64,000 bases of DNA, taken from Nannocystis bainbridge (lineage in GTDB: Bacteria; Myxococcota_A; Polyangia; Nannocystales; Nannocystaceae). The position numbers and the translations under genes are program-made. The notes beneath the pieces are model-generated. The model worked only from the letters and a program-made list of their open reading frames with translations, had not been told where the DNA came from and searched no databases. Below, piece after piece: positions 1-13,174 of the stretch. The stretch is from the NCBI RefSeq assembly GCF_028368995.1, contig NZ_JAQNDL010000001.1:448001-512000 (forward strand). The letters are read 5' to 3'. Every line of letters starts with the position of its first letter. The stretch's first letter is position 1.

Positions 1-2563
1 CGACGATCGACACCCCGCCCTCGCCCGCCGTCAGGCACGGCGCCAGCGGCTGGCTCGTGCCGGCTCGCGTGTCGATCCGCGTCAGCGCGCCGGTCGGCTT
101 GTGGTGGCGGATCAGGAACTTCGCCGCCGGCGAGTGCAGGGTCGAGGTGTTCGCCAGCCCGCGGCGCAGATCCACGATCGTGTGCGCAGCGTCCCGCGGC
201 TCCCACACGTCGATCGCCGGGCCGCGGCGGGCGAGGTAGCGCCCCGCGTGATCGAGCTGGCCATAATCGTAGTCGGCGGGGGCATGAAAGCGGCGCAGCA
301 CGGCGCCGGTCGCCAGCTCGCCGAGATCGAGCGGGCGGCGAACCTGCTGCTGGGCCGCGCTCTCCACCGCGTAGCCCTCGCCGCCGACCAGCACGCGATC
401 GTCGCCCTGGACCAGCGGCCGCCGCCACGCGCACTCCGCCGCGAGCGGCTGCGTGGCGCACAGGACCAGCCCATCGCTGCTGCGCTGGACCAGCCCGACG
501 AGCGACCCGAGGCCGCGGATCATGCCGACGTCGCCGCGCCACTCGTGCGCCGTCGCGCGGGCGAGGTCCCACGCGATCGCCCGCGCCTCGCCGTCGCGCG
601 TGCTGGTCCCGTACAGAAACTGGCCGTCGGACGAGACCCCGAGGAAATGGTCGAGGCCGCCGTGAGCCGTGACCGTGCGGGCCTCACCAGTCGTGCGGTC
701 CCAGATGCTGACGGTGTCGGCCCCGAATTTTCCGCGGGCGAGGAAGCGGGCGTCCGGGGTCACCAGCGCGCGGTTCTGCGGGTCGCTGGCCGGCGCCGGC
801 GGGAACGCGTCGGCGATCTCGCGGCCGGTGCGGAGATCCCAGGCGGTGGCCGGCAAGGGGCGGACCAGCCACGCCTCGTCGGTGGTGATCATCAGGCGAT
901 CGATCGCCGACGCCCGGCGGTCGTCGTGCCACGCCGTCCGCCACTGCTGCCATTCGCCCGCGAACGCGTGGGCGCCGATCAGCGCGTCGGCGTGCGCGGC
1001 GACCCAGGCCTGCCCGCTCGGCGCGACCACCAGCGGGGCAGCCGGCGCGCCGAGGCGGGCGATCCGCTGGCCCTGGTCGCGCTCGTCGCCCCAGCGCCAC
1101 ATATCGCCGGCGCCGTCCTGGGCGAAGATCCACGGGCTCTGCGCCGCCGGCAGGACCGTGAGCACCTCGGCCTCCGGGCCGCGCAGCACCCGGTCCGGCA
1201 GGCCGCGCGACAGCGCCGCGAGGGCCAGCGTGCGCGCCTCGAGGGCCTCGCGTGGGTCGAGCGCTTCGAGCTCGGCGAGGGCCTGCAGCGTCGCCAGGGG
1301 CGCCTCGGCCAGCGATCCACGGGCGTGGGCCAGCGCGCTCGCGTGCGCCTGCCGGGTCGCCTCGGCGCGGGCGATCGCCACCTCGCGGTCGAGCTCCGCG
1401 CGCTCCTCGGCGTCGGCGCGACGCACCTGCTCGCCGGCCCACCACGCCCCTCCGGTGAGCAGGCCCGCGGCCACCATGCTCACGCTGGTCCAGCGCCGGC
1501 GGGTCCGCCACCGGGCCGCCGGGTCGCCGGCGAGCGCGGCCAGCAGCGCGTTCATGGTCGGCCAGCGGCGCTCGGGGTCGGACTGCAGCCCGCGGAGCAG
1601 CGCCGCGTGGACCCACGCCGGCACCGCGGCCGACTTCGGCGGCGGCGACACGCGCCCGGAGCTGACCGCGTCGGTGAGCTCCGCGAGGGTCTCGCCCGCG
1701 AACGGTCGGTGGCCGTAGAGCGCCTCGTAGAGGGCGATACAGAAGCTGAACTGGTCGGTGCGCGCGTCGCCCCGCTTGGCCGCGAATTGCTCGGGGGCCA
1801 TGTACGCCGGCGTGCCGAGCACCGCGCCGGTGCTGGTCAGACTGCGCGATGGCTCGCGTCCGCCCGCCGGCTCGGTCGATTCACCGGCCTCCTCGGAGCC
1901 CTCGAATTGGGCCAGGCCGAAATCGAGGACGCGGACCCGGCCGTCGGCCCCGAAGATCGCGTTGTGCGGCTTGAAGTCGCGATGGACCACGCCCTGCGCG
2001 TGGGCGGCGGCCAGGCCCTCGCCCGCCTGGCGAAACACCGCGAGGACCTGCGGCCACGGGCGCCGCTCGCCGTCCAGCCAGGCCCGCAGCGTCGGCCCGG
2101 CCAGGAACTCCATGGCCACGAAGATCCGCTGGTCGGCCAGCTCGCCGACCTCGTACACGTGGACCACGTGGGGGTGAGACAGCCGCGCCAGCGCCCGCGC
2201 CTCCCGCAGGATGCGCGAGGCCCCGCTGGCGCTGCCGTGGAGCTTCGGGCGGATCAACTTGAGCGCCAACTTGCGGTCGAGGCGATCGTCGTACGCCGCG
2301 TAGACGATGCCCATGCCGCCGGCGCCGACGCGGTTCAGCAGGCGATAGCGCCCGAGCTGCACCGCCTCCGGTTCGGCCCCGAAGATGGCGGCCGCCACGG
2401 CCCGCTTGGCGTGCAGGTGCTCCGGCGCGGCCAGCACGTCCGGTCGTATGCCCGGGGACAGCAGGGTCTCGTGCGTCAGCGACGCCGCGGCTGTGGAGCC
2501 GCTGGGGTGCGTGGCGTCGACGTCTTCGATCTTGATCACGTGTTCGGCGAGAGAGTGGGTCAT
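1..2563 (-). CDS. Ser/Thr protein kinase with C-terminal WD40-like repeats (3' end runs off the window)
   Basis: Hand translation from ATG 2563: ...LGRYRLLNRVGAGGMGIVYAAYDDRLDRKLALKLI...VVHRDFKPHN...GTPAYMAPE; later 'VTPDARFLARGKFGADTVSIWD' is WD40-like. Not in the ORF track because there is no stop in the window. Confidence 0.88.
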   Translation of the reverse strand, partial: MTHSLAEHVIKIEDVDATHPSGSTAAASLTHETLLSPGIRPDVLAAPEHLHAKRAVAAAIFGAEPEAVQLGRYRLLNRVGAGGMGIVYAAYDDRLDRKLALKLIRPKLHGSASGASRILREARALARLSHPHVVHVYEVGELADQRIFVAMEFLAGPTLRAWLDGERRPWPQVLAVFRQAGEGLAAAHAQGVVHRDFKPHNAIFGADGRVRVLDFGLAQFEGSEEAGESTEPAGGREPSRSLTSTGAVLGTPAYMAPEQFAAKRGDARTDQFSFCIALYEALYGHRPFAGETLAELTDAVSSGRVSPPPKSAAVPAWVHAALLRGLQSDPERRWPTMNALLAALAGDPAARWRTRRRWTSVSMVAAGLLTGGAWWAGEQVRRADAEERAELDREVAIARAEATRQAHASALAHARGSLAEAPLATLQALAELEALDPREALEARTLALAALSRGLPDRVLRGPEAEVLTVLPAAQSPWIFAQDGAGDMWRWGDERDQGQRIARLGAPAAPLVVAPSGQAWVAAHADALIGAHAFAGEWQQWRTAWHDDRRASAIDRLMITTDEAWLVRPLPATAWDLRTGREIADAFPPAPASDPQNRALVTPDARFLARGKFGADTVSIWDRTTGEARTVTAHGGLDHFLGVSSDGQFLYGTSTRDGEARAIAWDLARATAHEWRGDVGMIRGLGSLVGLVQRSSDGLVLCATQPLAAECAWRRPLVQGDDRVLVGGEGYAVESAAQQQVRRPLDLGELATGAVLRRFHAPADYDYGQLDHAGRYLARRGPAIDVWEPRDAAHTIVDLRRGLANTSTLHSPAAKFLIRHHKPTGALTRIDTRAGTSQPLAPCLTAGEGGVSIV

Positions 2564-2606
2564 GCCCGCGTGGTTCGTCGCGGGTCGATCCGGATCACGG
2601 AAAAAT

Positions 2607-3233
2607 TCACGGACGATCGCGCTCTGCGCGGACCCGCACGCCCTCGGCCCAGCTCTCGAGCCCGCGGAAGGTGCTGAGCGCGAGCTCGGGGGTGGCGGCC
2701 AGGCGCTCGATGACCTCGCGCAGCTGCTCGCGTCCGCGACGAAGCCGCGACTTCACCGTGCCCTGGGGGATGTCGAGCGCCGCGGCGATCTCGGCGACCG
2801 TGCATTGCTCCCAATAATGAAGCTCGAGCACGACCTGCAGCTCGAGGGCGATCGATCGCAGCCCGGCGAGCAAGAGCCGCTGCTCCTCGCGCTCGACGAG
2901 GATCCCCGCGACGGAAGGATCGAGCCCGGCGACCGACTCGCTGGCGAGGTCGACCGGGGCCTGCGCCCGCGTCTTGTAGTGCAGGCACAGCTGGCGATAG
3001 GCGATGGCGAACAGGTAGCTGCGAAAGCTGCCGTCGCCGCGAAAGCGCGTGATGCCCTCCACGCAGGCGAGGAAGGTCCGCTGGATCAGCTCGGTCCCGG
3101 CCTCGCCGACCTTGTTGACGAAGAACCGCGCCACCGCCTCGTAGTAACGCTCGAACAACTGCTGCCCGGCGGCCCGCTCGCCTCGCCGCCACGCCGCCAG
3201 CAAGACCTCGTCCTCGTCGCTCTCGGTGGACAC
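2607..3233 (-). CDS. ECF RNA polymerase sigma factor (kinase-associated type)
   Basis: LLAAWRRGERAAGQQLFERYY; region 2 'FRGDGSFRSYLFAIA'; region 4 'EIAAALDIPQGTVKSRLRRGR'; directly upstream of the kinase. Confidence 0.92.
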   Translation of the reverse strand: MSTESDEDEVLLAAWRRGERAAGQQLFERYYEAVARFFVNKVGEAGTELIQRTFLACVEGITRFRGDGSFRSYLFAIAYRQLCLHYKTRAQAPVDLASESVAGLDPSVAGILVEREEQRLLLAGLRSIALELQVVLELHYWEQCTVAEIAAALDIPQGTVKSRLRRGREQLREVIERLAATPELALSTFRGLESWAEGVRVRAERDRP

Positions 3234-3299
3234 GATCGTTCCATCCTAGCCGACTCCGGCCCGCCGAGCCGCCGATGTCCCGTGAGCCGTCCGCGACCC

Positions 3300-3824
3300 T
3301 CAGGCGGCCGCATCACCGCCGAGCCCCTGCCCGCGCAGGGCCGCCGCGCAGTCGTCGACCGAGTCGCCGAACGGGCTGCCGCGGGCGATGATGCAGGACC
3401 CCTGCGGCCAGCGCAGCGCCAGCGCCCGCGCCGACGATGCGGCCTGGAACACGCGCTCGACGCGAACCGCGGCCAGCGGCGCCAGCACGCGGCGGGCCGG
3501 GTCGAGCAGTCGCCCGCCTGCCACGTCGACGATCAGCAGCGGTCGCGGCTCCGCGGCGGCCCGGCGCCGACCGAACCGCACGACCCTCACGACCAGCCAC
3601 GCCGACGCGCCGCCGAGCGCCGTCAGGATCGCCGCCGCGATCGCGTGGTCCGAGCCGCCGCGGATCGCGAACACCGCCTGGACCGCGGCGTTGATCAGCG
3701 AGATGACCGCCACCAGGGCCAGCACGAACACCGCGGTGCGCGGCGGCGCGGGCCGCTCGACGATCCACAGCTCACCGTCCCGGCGATCGATCTCGGTCCC
3801 GTTGCAGCGCGCGACGACGGCCAC
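3300..3824 (-). CDS. Hypothetical membrane protein (2 TM)
   Basis: C-terminal part of ORF 3300..4463 has two hydrophobic helices; GTG at 3824 chosen so it does not overlap the upstream gene. Confidence 0.6.
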   Translation of the reverse strand: MAVVARCNGTEIDRRDGELWIVERPAPPRTAVFVLALVAVISLINAAVQAVFAIRGGSDHAIAAAILTALGGASAWLVVRVVRFGRRRAAAEPRPLLIVDVAGGRLLDPARRVLAPLAAVRVERVFQAASSARALALRWPQGSCIIARGSPFGDSVDDCAAALRGQGLGGDAAA

Positions 3825-3919
3825 GGCCCGAGCGTACCGCACCGCGCGACTGAAGGTCGCGCGGATCGCCGGGAGCACGCCCGCGCTCGCGGCCGCGCAC
3901 GCCCCGGCCCACGCGCGCC

Positions 3920-5677
<1,758 letters not shown>

Positions 5678-5849
5678 GGACCACGATTTCCCATCCGCCG
5701 GGCCCGATCAAGCCCTCGCTCGCGGGGCGATGCCGCCCGACCCGCAGCGAGCCCGGCGCGCCCGAACGGCGCTCCGCGGGCCCGTGAGCCCCGGCCCGTC
5801 GAGCATGACACGAGCTTGACCGCCGGCGCGGCGCGGCCGAAGGTCGGCC

Positions 5850-6368
5850 ATGCTCGAGCGCGTGACGCTGACGGAGATCCGCACCATGGCCGACTATCCG
5901 CCGGGCCTGATCGGGGCAGTCTCGGGGCTGTTCGGCCGCAGCATGAGCGCCAGCCACGGCACGGACTGGCGCGTCGACGCGTTCGTCGCCGAGGGCCAGA
6001 GCGAGTTCTTCCGCCGCTTCGATCCGTCGCGCGATCGCGTATGGGTCGCGCTGCGCGACGGCGTCCCCTGCGGCGCCCTCACGATCGACGGGCCGCGCCT
6101 CGAGGCCGGCCGCGAGGCGGCGCGGCTGCGCTTCTTCATCCTCGACCCCGCCACCCGCGGGCTCGGGCTCGGCCGCCGCATGCTCGCCAGCGCGATGGAT
6201 TTCTGCCGCGAGCGCGGCTATTCGCGGGTGTACCTGACGACCCTGCCCGGCCTCGACGCCGCGCGCCGCCTCTACGAAGATCGCGGCTTTCGCCTGATCG
6301 GCCAGGACGACCCGCCGTTCTGCGGCGGTGACCACGGCGAGCAGACGTTCGAATGGCGCGCGCCGTGA
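5850..6368 (+). CDS. GNAT family N-acetyltransferase
   Basis: ARLRFFILDPATRGLGLGRRML (motif A); AARRLYEDRGF. Confidence 0.9.
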   Translation: MLERVTLTEIRTMADYPPGLIGAVSGLFGRSMSASHGTDWRVDAFVAEGQSEFFRRFDPSRDRVWVALRDGVPCGALTIDGPRLEAGREAARLRFFILDPATRGLGLGRRMLASAMDFCRERGYSRVYLTTLPGLDAARRLYEDRGFRLIGQDDPPFCGGDHGEQTFEWRAP

Positions 6369-6413
6369 AGGCCCGCGCCATTGGGAACCCCGCGAATGCG
6401 CCGACCGCCGCGA

Positions 6414-7007
6414 TCAGGGCGCCGGCAGATCGGGGCAGTCCATGGCGGCGTTCGTCGACCAGTCGCAAGTCACGGCCACGAACGTCCCGGCCGGCGCCTC
6501 GCCGCCGCGGAGCAGCTCGATCTCGAGGTTGCTGCCGCCGTCGACGCAGGCCTGGCTCATGTTGTCGATCTCGGACGGCGTCTCGTTGCCGCCGTCGATG
6601 CGGGCGGCGAAGCACGCCTCCTGACCGGCAGGGATCGCCCAGCCGCCCATGACTTGCTCGCAAGCCACGATCGCGGCGCACACGTGCTGGACGGGATCGT
6701 AGTCGCAGACCTCGCAGTTGACCTCGACGAGCGAGGTCGACGGATCGACGTCCTCCACGCATTGCGAGAGGCACCCCGACGGATCGAGCTGAACCGGCTG
6801 ATCGCCGCCGCTGCCGGTCGGCGCGCCGGTCTCGGTCCCGGTCTCGGTCCCGGTCTCGGTCCCGGTGCCGGCGTCGGTGGTGGTGCCGGTCGGCGCGTCG
6901 GTGTCGGTGCCGGTGCCGGTGCCGGTCTCGGTGTCGCTGTCGCCGGACTTGCTGTCGCCGCAACCGGGCAGCATCAGCGCAAAAAGTAAGATCGAACGCT
7001 TGATCAT
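6414..7007 (-). CDS. Cysteine-rich lipoprotein with a Thr/Gly stalk
   Basis: MIKRSILLFALMLPGC lipobox, TETG repeats, C-terminal Cys-rich domain. Confidence 0.75.
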   Translation of the reverse strand: MIKRSILLFALMLPGCGDSKSGDSDTETGTGTGTDTDAPTGTTTDAGTGTETGTETGTETGAPTGSGGDQPVQLDPSGCLSQCVEDVDPSTSLVEVNCEVCDYDPVQHVCAAIVACEQVMGGWAIPAGQEACFAARIDGGNETPSEIDNMSQACVDGGSNLEIELLRGGEAPAGTFVAVTCDWSTNAAMDCPDLPAP

Positions 7008-7454
7008 GATGGCGCGGACGCTATCAGAAGCCGCTCGCGGCGGCACGAAATCGACGATAGGCCGACCGCGGTGAATTTGCGGCGAGTCGACGGCCAAGGC
7101 GGCTCGCTGCAGGCGACTCCCCCCATTCTGGCGCGCCGCGACAATCGCATGAGTACCGCCCCATGCATGAGAGCGGGGATTGGGTCCCGTCGGGCGAGGG
7201 GATCCACGCGAGCATGGGGCGCACGATGCTGCCGCTCGCGTGACCTCCGGGGCGAGCATGAAGACCCTTCGTCCCGATGACGAGGTCCGTCCCGTGAAGC
7301 CCGGGCGACCGCGACTCAACGCCGGCGCTGCGCCGACGTCTCCCACGCGCGACGGCCGAGGTCGCCCGGCGCTCCGCAAAGCGCGCCGACTTGCGCCGCT
7401 CCCGGCCTGCGGCTATGGTGCCCCTCGTCGAACCCCCACGGAGTTGGCCCGCCC

Positions 7455-7532
7455 TTGAAGCTGCACGCCTGAATCCCGCTGTCCCCCAGCCGCCCGCAAC
7501 GCGCCGTATTGGCCGCGGGCGAGATTCAGGAG
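7455..7532 (+). promoter_or_regulatory. Candidate translational attenuator (RBS-sequestering hairpin plus mini leader ORF) of the ABC-F gene
   Basis: CCTGAATC (7468-75) pairs with GATTCAGG (7523-30), which overlaps the AGGAG RBS; CGCCCGC (7491-97) pairs with GCGGGCG (7515-21); TTG AAG CTG CAC GCC TGA (7455-72) stops inside the 5' arm. Confidence 0.45.
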
Positions 7533-7539
7533 CATCTTC

Positions 7540-9042
<1,503 letters not shown>

Positions 9043-9065
9043 ACCTCCGCGCGGCCCGCCGCCGC

Positions 9066-9542
9066 TCACTCGGCCGCGTCTTCCTGGGCGGTCCGCTCGA
9101 GATCCTGGACGAAGGAGTCGCGCTCGCGCTCGTACTCCTCGGCCAGCTTCTCGGCCTCGCGGTCGCTCACGACCTGGCGCGCCAGCGGGAACATCTCGCC
9201 CTCCTCCTCGTCGACGTGGTGCCCGACCATGTCGGCGAGCACCTTGATCTTCGGCGTCCAGGCCTCGTGGTCGGGGCCGATCGCGTCGATCTCGGCGATC
9301 AGGTGATCGACCTGCTTGTGCTCCTCGATGCCTTCTCGGGTCTCGTCCTCGGTGTTGGACTCGTCGAGCAGCCGCGGATAGAGGACGGCCTCCTCCGCCC
9401 GCGCGTGCGGCACCAGCTTGATCTTGAGCCGGGTGAACAGCTCCAGAGCTTTGGCGCCCTTGGCCTCCTCGAGCTCGTGGAACAGCTCGCTGACCTCTTC
9501 GTGCTCGCGATGCAAGATGTCGTAGATCTGGGGCTTTGGCAT
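9066..9542 (-). CDS. Hemerythrin/HHE cation-binding domain protein
   Basis: ILHREH...PHARAEEAVLYP...EEHKQV...HHVDEEEGEMFP; AGGAGG RBS upstream. Confidence 0.88.
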   Translation of the reverse strand: MPKPQIYDILHREHEEVSELFHELEEAKGAKALELFTRLKIKLVPHARAEEAVLYPRLLDESNTEDETREGIEEHKQVDHLIAEIDAIGPDHEAWTPKIKVLADMVGHHVDEEEGEMFPLARQVVSDREAEKLAEEYERERDSFVQDLERTAQEDAAE

Positions 9543-10116
9543 GACGCATTCCTCCTGGCGCGGGGACCCGCCGGGGCGGGCCAGCGACCGTGAAAGATGT
9601 GGCGCGAAAACGAGGTGCGGCAAATCGGCCGACGCCGTCGGCCGCCGGCCGGGCGCCAATGCTGGCAAGAGCGGCAGGACAGGCGATTCTGCGTACAGAG
9701 CGCCGCGGCCCCGGGCTGCCAGCCTGAGCCGTGGGCTCGTGCTCGATGAGATCTGTCCCCACCCTCGCCGCGCGGCTCGGGGCGCCTTTTGTCATGACAT
9801 GTCCCCGAGGACATGTGGACATCGACCACCGGACCCACATCACCCTCCCGGCCGCCCCGCCGGGGCTGCGTTCACCCGCGCGTCGGCGCGCCCTCGTCCG
9901 CGGCGTATCGTCGGCGCCGCTGTGTGCACCATCGAGATCGGCGCCGGGAATGGCCACATGACCCGACCTCGACTTCGCTGTGCGACCGTGCGCGGGCCCC
10001 ATCAACCCGAGCGGAACACGGTTCAACATCGGGGCTCGCGCGCGCCGACCTGCGCCTGCAGGGCGGCCCGGGCCCGCGGGCCTCGTGTTAGTCTCGGAGG
10101 CTCGCTCGGGGTGCTG

Positions 10117-11619
10117 ATGGACAGCTTCGAAGCCAGGGCGTCCGCCGACCTCGGACCCCATGTCCCCCAGGACATGTCCGTCGGGACATTGATCGCCGGC
10201 CGCTACCGGATCCTCGCCGGCCTCGGCGAGGGCGGCATGGGTGCGGTGTACCTGGCCGAGCACCTCGAGGTCGGCCATCGCGTCGCGGTCAAGGTGCTGC
10301 ACGCCGAGCCGAGCGCGCGGGCCTCGATCGCCCGCCGCTTCCGCGTCGACGCCTGCAGGGCCGGCTCGCTCGGGGACCCGCACATCGTCGAGGTGTTCGA
10401 CGCCGGCGTGCTGCTGGACGGGCGCCTGTTCCTGGTGATGGCCTACCTCGAGGGCCGCGACCTGGCGCAGGAGCTCGAGGAGGTGCTGGTCTTCGACGCC
10501 GAGCGCGCGTGCTCGCTGATGCGGCAGGTCACGCTGGGCCTGGCGACCGCCCACGCGGCGGGCATCGTGCACTGCGCGCTCAAGCCGAGCAGCGTGATGC
10601 TGGCGGCGCTGCCCGAGGGCGAGGTCGTCAAGCTGCTCGACTTCGGGCTCGCGGCCAAGGTGGTGCTGCACGCCGGCGCGGGCGAGCACCCGTCGCACGA
10701 GGCCGGCGCCCACTCGAGCTCGGCCGATTACATGGCGCCCGAGCAGGCCGCGAGCGTCGCGGCGACCCCGGCCGTGGATGTCTACGCCGTCGGGGTGATG
10801 CTCTACGAGCTGCTGTCAGGCTCGCTGCCGTTCACCGCCCGCCACGCGTTCGAGCTGCTGAATTTCAAGCTGCTGCACGCGGCGCCGTCGATCGACGCCC
10901 GCCGCCCCGGCCTGCCGCCGCGGCTCGTGCGGCTGATCGCCGACTGCCTCAGCATCGACCCCGCGGCCCGCCCCGCCGACGGCGCGGCGCTGGTGCCCCG
11001 CCTCGACGCGGTGCTCGCCGACCTGCGGAACCCGGCGCCGCGGCCCGCCGAGGGCGCGACCGCGCCGCAGCCCGCGGTCCGGCGCCGGCGATGGCCGCTC
11101 GCGCTGGCGGCCGGCCTGTTGCTGACGGCCGGCGTGGCGTCGGTGGAGCTCGCGCCGGAGCCCGCGGCCGCGATCGAGCCGCCGCCACCCGCGCCGACGC
11201 CCGCAGCGCCGGCGCCGACGATCGAGCCGCCGCCGCCCGCCCTGCCCGCGCCGACGGTCGTCCCGCTCGCGCCCCCGCAGCCCGCCCTCGAGCTGCCGCG
11301 AACCGAGCCGGGCCCGAAGGTCGCCCGCCGGCCCGCGCCCACGACCGACACCGACGCCGACGAGACGCACCTGAGCCCTCGCTGTCAGCGCATCCGGGCC
11401 AAGGCGACCGAGGCGCGCCGGACCCAGCGCTGGGGCGTGCTGCGCGACCAGAGCCGCCACCACGAGTGCTGGGCCTCCGAGCCCGAGGTCCGCAAGCTGC
11501 AGGCCAAGGCGGCGATGGAGCTGGGCGACTTCTCCGGCTGCGTGACCTTCGGCGCCGGCCTGCGCGACCCGGAGGTCGAGCAGTGGCTCAAGCTGTGCCG
11601 CCTGCGCGCGGAGGATTGA
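10117..11619 (+). CDS. Membrane Ser/Thr kinase-like protein with degenerate catalytic loop (pseudokinase)
   Basis: GEGGMGAVY, VAVK, DFG and YMAPEQ are present, but the catalytic loop reads HCALKPSS; TM helix, Pro-rich stalk, C-terminal Cys domain. Alternative start ATG 10174. Confidence 0.82.
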   Translation: MDSFEARASADLGPHVPQDMSVGTLIAGRYRILAGLGEGGMGAVYLAEHLEVGHRVAVKVLHAEPSARASIARRFRVDACRAGSLGDPHIVEVFDAGVLLDGRLFLVMAYLEGRDLAQELEEVLVFDAERACSLMRQVTLGLATAHAAGIVHCALKPSSVMLAALPEGEVVKLLDFGLAAKVVLHAGAGEHPSHEAGAHSSSADYMAPEQAASVAATPAVDVYAVGVMLYELLSGSLPFTARHAFELLNFKLLHAAPSIDARRPGLPPRLVRLIADCLSIDPAARPADGAALVPRLDAVLADLRNPAPRPAEGATAPQPAVRRRRWPLALAAGLLLTAGVASVELAPEPAAAIEPPPPAPTPAAPAPTIEPPPPALPAPTVVPLAPPQPALELPRTEPGPKVARRPAPTTDTDADETHLSPRCQRIRAKATEARRTQRWGVLRDQSRHHECWASEPEVRKLQAKAAMELGDFSGCVTFGAGLRDPEVEQWLKLCRLRAED

Positions 11620-11719
11620 ACCTCCGGGCTCTCGGGACAGCCTCGTCCGCGGGCGCTCACCCGCGGACTGCGGTGAATGACCCCGAGGACATGTCCTCAA
11701 AGCCAGAAAATCAGCGCCG

Positions 11720-12832
11720 TCAGACCTTCGCGCGGGCCCGCAGCTTGCCGAGGCAGTACACCAGCGCGTCGCGCAGCTTGGCGAACACGGCCACGTGCGT
11801 CAGGTCGATGCCGAGCCCCACGATCGTCTGGGCGATCGTCGGGTGGATGCCGGTGAGGATGCCTTCGGCGCCGAGCAGGCGGATCGACTGGATCATCCGG
11901 ATCAGGTGGCTGGCGGTGCCGGTGTCGACCACCTCGACCCCCGTCAGGTCGAGGATGGCGAAGCGGGCTCGCGTGCGCGTGACCGCCTGCAGCAGGTTGT
12001 CCATGATCTCCGCCGTGCGCACGGTGTCGACCAGGCCGATGATCGGCAGCGACAGCACGCCGTCCCACACCTCGATGATCGGCGTCGAGAGCTGGCGGAT
12101 GACGTCCTGCTGGCGCTCGATCAGCTCGAGCTTGGCCCGCAGCTCGAGCTCGGTGCGCTTGCTGGCGGTGACGTCGAGCGCGATCGAGATCAGCGACAGC
12201 TCCGCGTCGCTCGGCGTCGGCAGGTTCCAGCCGAGCCAGTGGATCCCGTAGACCTCGGCTGGCAGCGCATGCGTGGCCTCGCCGGCGATCGCCCGCCGGA
12301 TGTCTTCGACGTTCTCGAGGTCGCCGTACACGTCGAAGTAGTTCTGGCCGGCGAAATGATCGGGGCGGAGGCCGGCGGTCTGCAGCGCCTTGCCCCGCTG
12401 CAGCACGAAATTGGCCTGCTTGTCGATCGCCCACACCGCGAGGTCGAGGTTCTCGAGCAGCGCCGCGAGCAGCCGCGAATCGACCCCGAGGCGCCGGGCC
12501 TCGCGCTGGCGCGCGGTCACGTCGTGGCCGCACAGCGTCGCCCCGACGACCCGGCCGTCGCCGTCTCGTATCACCTGCGACCAGGCCTCGAAGTGCAGCG
12601 GGCCCTCGGGGCGCTCGAGCACGCGGATCTGCGGCTCCTCGACGTCGCTCAGCGCCCCGCTCCAGGCCGCAGGATCGCCGGCCACCGGCAGCACCTCGGC
12701 GATCGGGCGCCCGATCGCCAGGGCTGCGTCGATCCCGAACACTCGCGCGGCGCGGCGGTTCCAGCCGGTGATGCGAAGAGCTGCGTCCACCTCGACGGTG
12801 ACGAGGGGCCCGGCGTCGCTGCGATCATCCAC
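11720..12832 (-). CDS. PAS-PAS-STAS protein (RsbR-like)
   Basis: PAS 'ITGWNRRAARVFG'; STAS 'IRQLSTPIIEVWDGVLSLPIIGLVDT...ILDLTGVEVVDT...LTGIHPTIAQTIV'. Confidence 0.9.
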   Translation of the reverse strand: MDDRSDAGPLVTVEVDAALRITGWNRRAARVFGIDAALAIGRPIAEVLPVAGDPAAWSGALSDVEEPQIRVLERPEGPLHFEAWSQVIRDGDGRVVGATLCGHDVTARQREARRLGVDSRLLAALLENLDLAVWAIDKQANFVLQRGKALQTAGLRPDHFAGQNYFDVYGDLENVEDIRRAIAGEATHALPAEVYGIHWLGWNLPTPSDAELSLISIALDVTASKRTELELRAKLELIERQQDVIRQLSTPIIEVWDGVLSLPIIGLVDTVRTAEIMDNLLQAVTRTRARFAILDLTGVEVVDTGTASHLIRMIQSIRLLGAEGILTGIHPTIAQTIVGLGIDLTHVAVFAKLRDALVYCLGKLRARAKV

Positions 12833-13174
12833 GGCGCCAGGGTAACGCCGTGGGAACGGGGTTTCCAAGGACTTCTCGAGCGCGGGACATGTCGCCGGTG
12901 TGCGTGCGGGTCGGCGCACATGGGACGGCCGCGCTCGAACATGTCCTTTGGGACATCCACGATCCATCGCGCGCATCACCGCCGCCGGCATGGCCGATCG
13001 GACAGGTTTACCCATCCCTCTGACCCGGGCCCCGGCGACCTGCCCTCATTTCGGCCGCTCGGCCCGAGCCCGGCGTGTTCGCGCGCGCGCCCGGGCTCCG
13101 CATCTGCGGACCCGCATTTTCTCTGCGATCTTCGCTGCGACCTGGGCCCGAAGGTGTCGTCCTTCCTCCGCGAG

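Noticed and set aside
101-2677. Long antisense or alternate-frame ORFs (also 24262..27261, 37134..40031, 48556..52026, 48666..51767 and others)
   Set aside because: Arg/Ala/Pro-rich shadows of real genes, expected at this GC content; no recognisable motifs.
6826-6935. 12-bp tandem repeats (also 15-bp repeats at about 59035-59088)
   Set aside because: In-frame TETG / ATTDA linker repeats of lipoprotein stalks.
7258-7330. Possible ribozyme-like 'GATGACGAG...GAAG' segment
   Set aside because: Lacks the exact hammerhead CUGANGA/GAAA core and supporting stems.
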